Shown in pieces: positions 1-12,109 of a stretch of DNA of 64,000 nt; the stretch's first letter is position 1; every line of letters begins with the position of its first letter. The stretch lies in assembly GCA_951406725.2 (NCBI GenBank), contig OX597814.1, positions 73,408,001 through 73,472,000 on the forward strand, read 5' to 3'. The position numbers and the translations under genes are program-made. The stretch is from Octopus vulgaris (taxonomy: Eukaryota). The notes below the pieces were generated by a model. It did no database searches. It was not told the DNA's origin and saw nothing but the letters and a program-made list of their open reading frames with translations.

Positions 1-936
1 CCTTATAGCTCACACTTCGGAAGTCTTCAAACCATTATTTCGACAGCTGTTACAGCTTACAAGTAAAAAGATTTGACGTTTAACATTGTAAACTTCACCG
101 CTCTCTCTTCAGTTAACTCTCTACTTACAATAACAAGAGCTAGCCGCACTCATCCAATTCAGATAACGAGGTAACGTAATTTACAACGACTATACACTGA
201 ACGAAGATATTTTAAACCACCTTATTGCAGGTCTCTATATCCTTTACAAAGGAAAAGAGTCTTTATAAACAACCATCTCAGCCTCTATACTAAGGTTCTC
301 GTCTGCCGAGCATTGTTTCCATACTTCCATATGAAGTGAGATAGAAACCGGATAAAGTCGACACATTAAGAATCTGGAGGTCTTTAACATCCTGTAACTC
401 CAGAAGATATTTTCAGTAATCTGTTGAGAAAGTGTTACGCTCGTAGAAATCCTAACAAACCAACATCAGCATTGAAGACGCTTCAATTGAAATGTCTGTC
501 TCGTAGTAGTTAAATCTGATTCATGACTTTCCCACTGGATCCACCTCAGCTAGCTATATCACAGCCAATGCCAAACACGTTGTTCAAGACCAGATGAAGA
601 TTAGTTTGTAGTAACATCAGCTCTTAAGAGTGGGAAACATCGCTACATTCGTTTGGCGGTTTCACAACTAGATGAATATTGAAGATATAGAAACACATTC
701 AGCATTCCCAGAAGAGTAAGAAAAGATGTATGTACGCAGTGTAATACTTGAACTTGTTCGAATGCAACGGAATTTGCCGATGAAAGATGTAAAGATGTAT
801 TGTCATCGCCGGATACACAAATGATGATCATCATCGGACACTCATACGCAATACATCAATACGTACGTATATGTACGTGGGTATGTGAGTGTATTCATAT
901 ATATATATATATACTAGCAGAGATACATACATACGT

Positions 937-1017
<81 letters not shown>

Positions 1018-1018
<1 letters not shown>

Positions 1019-1794
1019 TAGCAGAGACACCCGGAGTTGCTCGGGATTAAAATGGCATAGTTTGTATATAATATTGTTATTGTTGAAACAGGTGATATGG
1101 GAAAGTGCAGCATTGACAACAAAACATTTGTGGAATAAATGATGGGCTAATTCGACTAAGCAACATGCTATGCGTCCGTTTGGAGTATTTCAGACCCTAA
1201 TAACAGAGTTATTATTTTTATAAGAATACATGGATCATATCTGAAAACAGCTTCAGGAGTTGTGAAGAACGAATTTGTACGTAGTCTTTTCTGAGACCTA
1301 TTCTATTGGACCTCTGTCTAATCATTAAAACATTGATTTAATGATCCAGCATTAAGTGCTGCAACATGTATTTGCTGAAATTGAAAGAAGAGAAAACAAA
1401 AAGAACAGAGAAAGAAAGGGAAAGATGTATGTACATCTATATGAAATAGACGTGTGTGTGTGTGTGGGGCGTGTGTGTGCGTACGTGCTTGCGCATATGT
1501 ATATGAGAGAGAAAGAGGGTGAGAAAGAGAGATAGAGTGAGTGAGTGAAGTTGTGTGTCATGATGATTTGTGTCTTTTAAGGTACACATACATATAGAAA
1601 ATGTGACGTCATCGTATAAAGTTTTTACGATAGTTGATTTATGGAAAAGATGATGTTAAATTTTTGAAATGCAAATATGTGAATGGAAATTAAGATTAAT
1701 TTGTAGCCAAAATAGTACTGAATTTTTTGATAGCCCATACGTCAAAATCTGTAATTCGGTTTTGGAAAGCATAAGGAATTTATATTATATAGGA
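1018..1794 (-). mobile_element. Non-autonomous Helitron-like element
   Basis: Minus strand ends in hairpin CCCGAGCAACTCCGGG followed by CTAG (plus 1018-1045), next to a TA tract. Likely 5' end is TCCTATATAATATAAA near 1794. Same 3' signature occurs at 38574, 48780 and 55112. The 5' boundary is uncertain. Confidence 0.55.
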
Positions 1795-1961
1795 CAGTAG
1801 CTCACATAACAATACAGACGTAATACTGAAATAGTGTAACAGATTGCACTGGGCTCGCATTAGGCAAGAAGTTGGAAATTTTTTTGGCCCATGACACTGC
1901 ATGGACTTTGGCTTTTGTATTTGACGACTGTTACTTTAAGTATTTTATTTATATTATATTA

Positions 1962-2052
<91 letters not shown>

Positions 2053-2216
2053 ATGTATGTATGTATAAGCTAATGAGAAAGACCTCTACATGGTAGCTAG
2101 ACTTGGTAGAAATAGCAGCCAAATCTCCCTCAAAACACCCTACTGTCTTAATCCGAAAATTCTGCCTATTATGTAGTTTAATGAGAAACTGTAACTAAAT
2201 ATTAAGATTATTAACC

Positions 2217-2310
<94 letters not shown>

Positions 2311-2399
2311 GAAGACAGAGAGAGAGGAAAGAAGAGAGACAGCATAGCGACTGTTTTGGCTGACTGTCAACCTTTACTCCCCTTGTTGCTAGCGAAATG

Positions 2400-2629
2400 G
2401 TATGTGCCAGCTGTCTGAGCAACTGGTTGTTTTAATGGCGGAACAAACAGAACATAAAGATTGCAGAAATAGCGATTCTCACTTTGAAAGTAATAATTTT
2501 GAAAATCTTTTTAGATTACAGAACACCCCGCTCTCTCATGTATCCACGTTTAAAATTTCAGTGCGATCGGATGAACAATACTCGAGTTATAAGCGCACAG
2601 ACAGACAGAACGGATTTTATATATTAAGA
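2400..2629 (-). mobile_element. Helitron-like 5' terminal fragment
   Basis: Minus strand reads TCTTAATATATAAAATCCGTTCTGTCTGTCTGTG..., the same TC-TATATAAA-(CTGT)n pattern as the other Helitron 5' ends here. No 3' hairpin/CTAG found. Confidence 0.4.
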
Positions 2630-3266
2630 CAAGATACACCTATACATATACATGTATGCATGCATGTATTTATGTATGTATGTATGTATGTATGTATGTA
2701 TGTATGTATGTATGTACGTAGGTATAAATATATATATATATATATATATATAAGCATGCATATATGTAGGTATACATTCTCAGCTTGGAAATTAATCGAA
2801 GTGGAAAACTAATAAAATATTTTCTGTATGTCAGTCCACTCTGCAAAACAGCACGTGTACGGCAAGGGCATTTTCCGTATGACGTAATTTATGCCATATG
2901 GAAAAGTGTTAGGAAAAATACTTAAAATCATGGCAACACTCTAATATGGCTAGCATATCTGAGTATGGTTTCAATTTGGAATCTAGCCATATCTGATAAA
3001 ATCTAAATTATAAATGTTATGTTAGTTGCAATAAAATGCTTGAGTAATGCGGGTGTTAAAATTAAAGCTCTAGTAATATTTTTTATACGATAAATATAGT
3101 TATTGTTTTAATAGCAAGCTATTATTTCGGTACCCATTGCTTTAAGTTCTAATGGTGTTAGTACAGACATAATATTTTAATACTCATATCAGTAGCCTGT
3201 CATTAATTTATTTGTTCTCAAAAGAAGCTAGAAAATCTTTAGAGGCCATCTAAAATAAAGTGTACA

Positions 3267-3269
<3 letters not shown>

Positions 3270-3301
<32 letters not shown>

Positions 3302-3463
3302 TGTATGTATGTATGTATGTATGTATGTATGTATGTATGTATGTATGTATGTATGTATGTATGTATGTATGTATGTATGTATGCATGCATGCATGCATGT
3401 ATGTATGTGTATGTATGCATGTATGTATGTGTGTGTGTATGTATGTATGTATGTGTATGTATG

Positions 3464-3523
<60 letters not shown>

Positions 3524-3545
3524 TATATAAATACACACACACATA
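3270..3545. repeat. Compound microsatellite (TATG)n/(TGCA)n/(TA)n/(CA)n
   Basis: Directly visible; one of dozens of such tracts in the window. Confidence 0.95.
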
Positions 3546-3789
3546 CAATAATACCTCACTTTACGAGGACCCACTTTACGAAAACCCGGGTTTACTAGTT
3601 TTATTTTATGATAAATTTTTCAAGCATAAGATCCAATTTTAAACTAAGTGCAAAAGTTTCCACTATCATAACAAATGCTTCTGCGTGTTTCCGAGAAATT
3701 TATATAATATAATTTCCCAGGCCTATTCTCCATTTTTTTAGGAGAGGTAAACTACAACAAGACACGCACCAAGCATTTCATTCATTTCC

Positions 3790-5590
3790 CAGCTCAAAGA
3801 GGCGAGCCTCGTTCTATGCTCGGATCAAGGTATAGAACGCAGCCCCCAGTATCAGCAGTGAGGCTCGACAGCATATGCTGGTTTACCCCCACCGCATCAT
3901 GCTGGTTCTGTACCCCTTTGAGCAACTTCAAATTCACTCATCCGTCTACAAACACTCTCCAAGTTTTCCTATCATTTATAAACTCTCTTGTCTCTCTCAC
4001 ACCAGCACCTCTAACCACCAAAGTTTTCTTCACTCCATCCATTCACACAAACCGAGGTCTGCCCCTGGTTCTGCTGCCTACCACTTCATCATCCTCCTTA
4101 CCATCCGCTCCTCATCCATGCTGTCCATGTGTCCAAACCATTTCAACATTCGTCTATCCATTTTGGTTGTTAGTTTTTCTCTCATTCCTGCTCGCCTTTG
4201 CACCTCCTCATTCCTCATCCTGTCTTTTAGATATATTCACTTTCAGTTTCCTCCTCTCACGCACTCTTCCAAACTCTACCACCAGTCTCTTCAGTTGCTC
4301 TTCCAAATCCACCATCAGTGCTATATCTTCAGCAAACAACTGATTCACCTGCCTTTCTCTTCATTTTCTCCCATCATTTGGGCTCCCCTTCCAAAGGTTC
4401 TAGCATTTACCTCTCTCACCACACCACCCATATATAAGTTAAACAGCCACGGAGATATCACACAAACGTGTCCTAACCCACCTTCATATTAAACCACTCA
4501 CTTACTTCACCACCCACCCTAACGCCCGCCCTACTTTCTATATAAAATCTCTGAACAGCTCTCAACAATCTACCATCTACTCCATACAACGTAACACCTG
4601 CCACATTGCAATCCTATCCTCACGGTCATATACCTTCTTTAGGTCCATAAAGGCCAAATACATCTCCCTCCCATTTGCCCAAAACTTCTCACACATCTGC
4701 TTATTACATATATTTGATCTGCACAGTCCCTTCCACTCCTAAACCACACTGCCCCTCCCCTAGTACACTCTCTGCCTGCTTCGTCACCCTAACAATCAGA
4801 ATTCTCCCATTCAGTTTACCAACCACACACAACAGACTTATACCTCTAAAATTTCCATTCCACACTCACATTTTCATTCACCCTTTCTTCCCTCCCTCCA
4901 ACCACCTTTCTTACCCTCTGTACCTCTTTCCAAAACATCTTTTTATTTCTTTCAAAATTTTCACTCAACTTTTTCCCGAACCTTTCACTCACCTCCCATT
5001 TCGCCACTCTCACCACTGTCTTCCCTTCAGTTCTCTGTAGTGATCATAAGCCTCTCCATTCCCTTACCTGCTCATTCCACTACTCACTACCTTTTATCAC
5101 ACCCATTCCAGCCACACGTGTACCACATACCTCAGAGGCACATCTCAATACTGCCTCTCTAATAGCATCCTGCTCTTTCTTCACATTTATCTCCCGTTTC
5201 TTAACCTGTTCATATTCACCTCTCAGTTTCTCTACATACTCCTGCCCCTTCTCTCTCCTATCCAGTTCACTCACCTTCACAACCTCTCTCCTCCATGTCA
5301 CTCTTACTACATTCTCTACTTCCTCATTTCTCACTCACGCATTCAAATCACCCAACACCGCCACATAACCACTTTTCCCCACCCTATCCACACACTGTCA
5401 GTTTCCTCCAGAACTCTTCTACTTCTTTCTCACTCCTTTCACTCCCTGTACCACATGCACTAAAAACACCCACATCTTACCTCCCCATGTCATCTTAACC
5501 CATATTAATCTTGAAGACACTTCCCACCACTCCACCACACTCTTCTTCACGAGCTCACTCACCAGCAATGCCACTCCTATTCACCCTTCA
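3790..5590 (-). mobile_element. Degenerate RTE-clade LINE (APE + RT remnants)
   Basis: Minus-strand peptide remnants: GVALLVSELVKKSVVEWWEVSSRLIWVK (APE), CVISPWLFNLYMGGVVREVNAR and LLFAEDIAL (RT), LKWFGHMDSMDEERMVRR...RGRPR (RTE C-terminus). Many frameshifts and deletions. Confidence 0.85.
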
Positions 5591-5604
5591 AATTCTCTTA
5601 AAGC

Positions 5605-6110
5605 GTTGGTTTGGTAGAGTAGACTTGTTCCTTTAACCAACCCCAAAGAAAAAAGTCGCAGGATGTTAAATTAGGGCTTTATCATACGGCTAATCATGCG
5701 GACCTCGATGACCCATCCATCCTCCAGGGAAGTGGGCATTCAACCATTCAGGAACAACAATAGCAAAATGTGGAGGAGCGCCATCTTGCATAAAAAGCAA
5801 ATCTTCAATATTCTCCCAAGTACTGATAACTGGCCAGATTTCATCTTGCTGCATGGTGAGGTAGCTTTCAGCATTCATGGTATTGCAATGGATGAAAGGA
5901 CCCTCAATCCTGTCCGAAGTCACACCATGCAGTTACCTTGGGCCGATTCTGCATTTCTTCAGAGGTAATACGAGGATCTCCTCCTCCTCAGTAGTGGCAG
6001 TTGTGACGGTTCACAAACCCACTGATGTGGAATACCGCTACATTACTCCAGAGTATATTTTTAAAGAGATCAGACCATGTTTGTACAGTTTCTAAATTTC
6101 AAACAAAATA
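5605..6110 (-). mobile_element. Tc1/mariner-superfamily transposase fragment (pseudogene)
   Basis: ILWSNVAVFHISGFVNRHNCHY, then FMQDGAPPHFA..WLNAHFPGGWMGHRGP and FFLWGWLKEQVYSTKP: DDD/E catalytic-domain motifs with stops. No TIRs seen. Confidence 0.85.
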
Positions 6111-6202
6111 AACCGATCTGAAAAAGAAAATAACATAGAATCAATTGCTATACATTAAAGAACATACACATACATACATACATACATACATACATACATA
6201 CA

Positions 6203-6234
<32 letters not shown>

Positions 6235-6299
6235 GATCCCCCCTCTCGCTTTCTCTCCCTCTCGCTTTCTTTCTCTCTCTCGCTATTTTTCTTCTCTCT

Positions 6300-7211
6300 T
6301 TCGTTGCTCACACGTGACCATCGTCTATATTTCTTTTCCTCACATGACCATCTTTCCTACACGAACGTTCTAAGGATTGGACGTCTCATATCTCTCTCTT
6401 CTATCTTTTCTCTTTTCAAAGAAAATATTTCTGTCAGCGTTCACTATTTCCCCTCGTTCAGGTCTAACGATCCTCCATGTTAGTTTTCGTTCGGTTTCGC
6501 TGTATGCCTCCACTGTACTGTTTTTGTTCCTAACTTTGACCCTCCATAAATCCAAATTTTATTTTGGTATTTATGGGAGCAGCTGCCTTTGGAGACTCAT
6601 ATTGTCATTGATTGCTCGACATGGGGAGTAGATAGACAGCTGACAACTGATGAAGGGTCATTCTTTGTATTGTCCTTTTCTCTCTCTCTCCTTATTTGCG
6701 TATTTGTTTTTGTATTTCATGTTGTTTACTGTTGGTGACGCCCTCTACCCATATATATTGTTATTTAATTGGACGCCATGCATACATTTCCAAGTAAGTT
6801 TATTTTAACCTTTTTGATGCGACTCTATATTGTTTTCTCCCCTATCCTCTCTAATTCCCTTTTCTCCCTTTCACCGTTTTCTATCTGTCTCTCTCTCTCC
6901 CCTCTCTCTTTCTTTCTCTCTCTCTCTCTCGTTGCTCACACATGGCCGTCGTCTATCTTTCTTTTCCTCACGTGACCAACTTTCTTTCTTGCACGGACGT
7001 CTCATATCTCTCTCTTCTATCTTTTCTTGTCTTAAAGAAAATATTTCTCTCAGTGTTAACTATTTTCCTCCACGTTCAGGTCTAACGATCCGCCATGTTT
7101 GTTTTCGTTCGGTTTCCCTGTCCTATATTAGTCCTAACTTTGACCCTCCATAAATCCAAAATTTTATTTTGGTATTTATGGGAAGAATTGTCTTCGAAAA
7201 CTCATATTGTC
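6300..7211 (+). repeat. Two diverged direct copies of a ~290-bp repeat (6300-6606 and 6929-7211)
   Basis: Shared blocks GGACGTCTCATATCTCTCTCTTCTATCTTTTCT, CGTTCAGGTCTAACGATCC and CCTAACTTTGACCCTCCATAAATCCAAA. Confidence 0.85.
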
Positions 7212-7715
7212 GTTGGGGTCATTATTTGTATGCACTTCTTTCAATATATTAACGACTTTCTTATTTATTAAGTCTCATTCAGCCGAGGGGTTCCGCTGTT
7301 ATTACACAACTCACGGGAACATATTTCGTTACCCATGCCTCATAATGCCCGATGGCCGTTATGACGTTAAAACAGTGAAGAAAGAGTTAGAACAAAGATT
7401 TGGTAACACAATTTTTTAATTGCTCATTAAAAACAGTCTGGTAAAGAACGAATTAACTTAGAGTCATATCGATTAGTTATTACTTCGCCATTCCTATAAC
7501 AGATTTTTAATACCCTGAACAAGCTGTATGCGCACGGCTCCACGAAAACTCAGCCGATACTTCTGTACCTCACAGTACTCGTACTGTACCTTATACCTCA
7601 AACCACAATACAAATTCTGTATAATTATTCTTTTTCAGAACAGTAAATCATTAAAACTACTCCGATGCTTACGTTTAAAGGACGGTCATCAACACATGCA
7701 AGTTCAAACTGATTA

Positions 7716-8330
7716 CACTGGTCAACAAAATGAAACTTTTTTTAATCATCAGAGTTGCTGATTGACTTTTCTGGGCTAAGTTTTGATGCTGATTACGAAT
7801 CTGAAGTCTGATTTCCTCTATCAGGTCACATTTTTATGTTAATGATACCTGCAGTTTTAACTTATAGGATACGTAAAGCGTGTCTCTATAAAGTATATTG
7901 AATACAAGATACGATAATTTCATGGCTTTTTATTGCACAAAATTAAAATTATTGTGTACAAATAAGTTAGAATACACTCAAATAACAACTTAAAATCTTT
8001 GGACTTTCTATGGGATACACAATCTTATGCTTGGTCTTTACAGTAAACCCACATACATTAACGTTGCAGTAATACAATCTTATGCTTTGTCTTTATAGTA
8101 AACCCACATACATTAACGTTGCAGTAATAACAGTCCATCAAATGATCCTTTGGCTCTCTCCATATCACAGGCATTGTAGACGGCATTGCTCTCTTCCTCT
8201 TACCTCTCTTATCTCATCAGAAAAACTGTGCCTGATAGAAGGAAATCGATTACATTTTTGAAATCGGCGGACAAAACTACATATAAAACACCATATAATA
8301 TCCCTGATGAAAATTGGCTGTTGACCAGTG
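7716..8330 (-). mobile_element. Chapaev3-type (CMC) internal-deletion derivative, 615 bp
   Basis: TIRs CACTGGTCAACA / TGTTGACCAGTG with TTA on both sides (3-bp TSD). Both ends and an internal piece match the element at 46522-48663 in reverse. Internal ~58-bp tandem duplication at ~8020-8130. Confidence 0.9.
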
Positions 8331-8999
8331 TTATCAGTTGTATCGGAAGGACTGCAAAAGTTATGAGCGGCAATCCCTGTCTCCAACTAAAATATGAAAA
8401 AAACAAACAAAAAGTCACTATCTTTGCATTGCCAGTACAAACTGGTACTTTCAACACTAATAAAAATTTCAGGATCCAAATTTACTAAAGATAACTCACC
8501 CTGCTGGAGGAATTGAAATCAGAACTATGAGCCAACAAGTCATTCTTTGTTTAAATATGATGTCAAGCTAGCAGTTTACACTGCCGTGCTCTACCTATAT
8601 GTGACTCAGTATTGTCAGATTAGTTATGTATAGTCTTAATAGACAAAACGAAATAATGTCATTCAAACTGAGAGGTAAAAATCGCATTGGTAACCAGAAT
8701 ATGTTGAATAACAATAGTTATTGATTTGTGAGTTATTTTAAGCATTAGGTTTAAACATCGAACCTCTCAATAATAATGTATATGTAAATAAATTATAGGG
8801 TAATGTCCGTGAAAAATCTCATCTAAGTGAAATCTCTCACTTAGTTTGAGAAGGAAAACAAAAGCCTAACGGCAATTGCTACTGCTCACAAGGTAAGAGA
8901 AAATAATATAAAGAGAGTATGAATTCATTTATCACCCACCTTTCATAAAATTCATTGGACGGCAGAACAAGCTGCCGTTTAATGAATTTTGGGAAGGCA

Positions 9000-10030
9000 A
9001 TTCGGGAATTATATTACATAGTAAGAACAAAGGGAAGGTAGATCAAATGGGTTATGCAGAACAAAAACTAGGCGCGTGGGAACTCGACACAACTGGATCT
9101 TTTGCTCAAGGATCAAAAAGAAAAAAACAGTGGAGGAGGATGGGGATAAATAGACTATGGTTGCTGTTATAGCTGCTGCTGCTGCCGTTGCATCACCGGG
9201 CGAAACTCCGAGGATAACCAGAGTGAAAGCAATTGGAATCACCTCATTCTCAATATTACCTGCAGAAGGACCGAAGAAATACAGAATCGAGAAAAAAGAG
9301 AGGTCAGTTCATCCAGCACAGTGAATGTCAGAATCTTGGAGCTGCAATTCCATCTCAACGTCTTACGGCGAGAAGTAATAGTGTAAGAAACTAGCACGGA
9401 CAGTAGAGGAAGAAGAAACAACAGAGGACGAATAAGTCCAGATGGAACGAAAGGTTACAGTAAATCTATTACGTCAAGGTGCTCACCCCAAGGAAACCTT
9501 TGGCGTTACAGAGGGGCACTGATTGGGACTATGCAAGTTGTCCATATTTCTGAGTGGTTGACTACATAGCTCATACGTGTGCTGGCCAACGTGATTAGCA
9601 TTCTCTAGAGAGAATGCTAATCATGTTGAAATTGTTAGGGGGTGGGCGATTGTAAATAATAGATATTGGTTGGATTTGAAAAAGAAAACTTGTAGACTCA
9701 ATAGAGTATAGTAAGAAAGTAGCAGAAGAGAATATTAGACTGAAGAGTAGTTATTAGCAAAAGAAGTTGGTAGAAAGAACTTCGCAGTTGAAGGGGAAGT
9801 GACGAGAGTAGCACTGGCTAATTTCTTTGACGCTAAATATGCTGTGTTGTTCGAGTTTACACCATTATATTAAATTGTAGAGAGTATCAAGTCCATTCAG
9901 TGTGACTGGGTGGTAGAGGCACCCCGACCAAAGCACGATAAGGTCTTTGATGGTCTGCAAAGTGCATGGGAATCTGATTCCAGTCGAATGTATGCTGTTT
10001 TTCAGAAATACTTTGTTGACGGATCCGCGT
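9000..10030 (-). mobile_element. Highly decayed LINE reverse-transcriptase remnant (Jockey/CR1-like)
   Basis: Only traces of DxSKAFDxVW-like and SRR...CxDELTSL-like motifs on the minus strand; no open frame. Confidence 0.35.
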
Positions 10031-11607
10031 CATTTAGTGCTTACATCTAAACTAAAAGAAGGATAATTCCATAGAATCTCGAAATTTGTGATCTTGTGTC
10101 TGTTAAGGTTGTTAGGATTATTTGGCATGTAATAAATATTTTACTTAAAACCATTCTGAAGATATTTTAAGAGGCTGTCGATAGTCTGTCGTAAGTGACG
10201 GTGGAAGAATTTTGTGCTAAACTCTTTCTGATTCCAGTTCCTGAAATTGGGACATTACATCTGACTGTTCGAGGGATAAATTGCTAGGAATGGCCGGCTT
10301 ATAGTACCGACTTTATTGCAGCTTTCCAGACTTGCATACACCTGTACTTGATAGCACATAACCAGTTGTGTAGGCCAGTCTGTTGTGGCTCTATTGAGAA
10401 AAGACACTGAGTTCAGGGCTTTAATAAGTAACTTCCGTCACACATTTATTGGTAGCGTAATAAAATGTATATTTAACTGTCACATAATTTGAACTAATCT
10501 TTCTCTGTTCTTTCGTCTGTACAAACACCACTATTGCACGCAATAAAAATTTACACGACTGGTAGAATTTGACGAAATTTTGTTTTCTTGCCACAAGAAT
10601 AAGAACAGGTGAAAACATATATTTATCCTCGGTTGACTTCCAGTTCACATTGTGAAGTTGTGTATTCTAACTAACAATCGCACAAGAGAATTTGTGGAAC
10701 TGTCAGACAGCAACGGAAACAAAAGATAGAAGATTGTTTCACGCTGAAGACTAACATCCTGTGGGGGACATTTCTACTTCTTCAATCATTCAACAATTTT
10801 ACAAACAACTGAATAGTGAGACAATCAGCTGTCAGCAATACAGAAAAGAAATTACACAAGGAATTAACCATATTATAATCGATTTTGTTTGTTTTATGGT
10901 CATTTTGAGAAACATGTGTCTTAAGAGGATGGTTTCCATTTGGGATTGCTCAAGAGTAATGGCCGACTTTCTTTTAAAATATATTTTGGACAATTTCTTT
11001 TAACATTTATATTTAGGTTTTTATATTTTTATTTTTTGTTCACCAATTAACTTCATGCCAAATTGAATTAAAATGAAAAAAAACAACTTATTTAACTTAT
11101 TTCTTGAAATTCTATCTGCGGAAACAAATCTGTTAAAACTAACAACTTTATCAGGAACTAAACTAAGATTATCGATACAAATCTTAAGCAATAAGTTTAT
11201 TCTGAATTAATGTAACCTAGCATTTAAGTATGGCTGGATTACGCCACGTTGCTTAAACTAATAACTGAAGAACACACCTTTCACGCAAAAGCGTAATTCA
11301 TAATGATATTAATAATTATAACAGTGTAGACCAATTACCAACTATTTAGCTTTCTCTTTCCACCTCTCTGTTTCACACTCTCCCTCTCTTCCTCCCCCTC
11401 CTCCTCCTCCTCCTCCTCCTCCTCCTCCTTATCATCATCATCATCATCATCATCATTAAAACAAGCGTTGGCGTAGAAGCAGTGATATGTGCATAGCGAT
11501 ATTTAGTATCTACTTTCTGAGTAAACACCAACGGTATCGTCTTTGTTTTTCACGTCCACCTTAAAAGTCGATAAAATAATGGGATTAATTCATACAACTA
11601 TGCTGCT

Positions 11608-11930
11608 GAGACCCCCTTCGTTCATGATTAACTATGGGATTGCACCTAGAAAGTTACCCTCCAAGGCACAAATCCGGGCAAGGTTGTTTATGGAAGACCA
11701 TGCAAACCGGCCTCCCCTCTCCACACCACCAGTGTTATTCAAGGGAAAGGCAAAGGCCGATACAGCTTGGCACTTGTGACGTCGCAACTCATTTCTACAG
11801 CTGAGTGAACTGGAGCAACGTGAAATAAAGTGTCTTGCTCAAGAACACAACACGCATCCTGGTCCGGGATTCGAACTCACAACCTCACGATCGTAAGCTC
11901 GACGCTCTAACCACTGAGCCTTGCGCCTTC
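11608..11930 (-). mobile_element. tRNA-derived SINE
   Basis: Minus-strand head GGCTCAGTGGTTAGAGCG (A box) and GAGTTCGAATCC (B box). 3' part matches 33598-33748 in reverse. Confidence 0.85.
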
Positions 11931-12109
11931 GCGCAACAACTATGCTACAACTTTATTAATGTGTGGCGTTGTGTCATTAGAAACAAAATCAATACTATTT
12001 TCAGGAGACACCGAAATTATAGAGGGGAATAGAAACGTGGATATTTCATACAGGTACATCGTGCTTTATTCTATTCAAAATCCCTTTCATAATAATAATA
12101 ATAATAATA

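Noticed and set aside
1-800. Possible decayed Gypsy gag/LTR sequence on the minus strand
   Set aside because: Only a vague resemblance; no diagnostic motif, LTR pair or PBS.
3816-5040. Plus-strand ORFs of 121-205 aa
   Set aside because: They are antisense shadows of the minus-strand RTE LINE.
11880-11930. Genuine tRNA genes at SINE heads (also 23095-23170)
   Set aside because: A/B boxes are present but continue into SINE bodies without a full cloverleaf or terminator.
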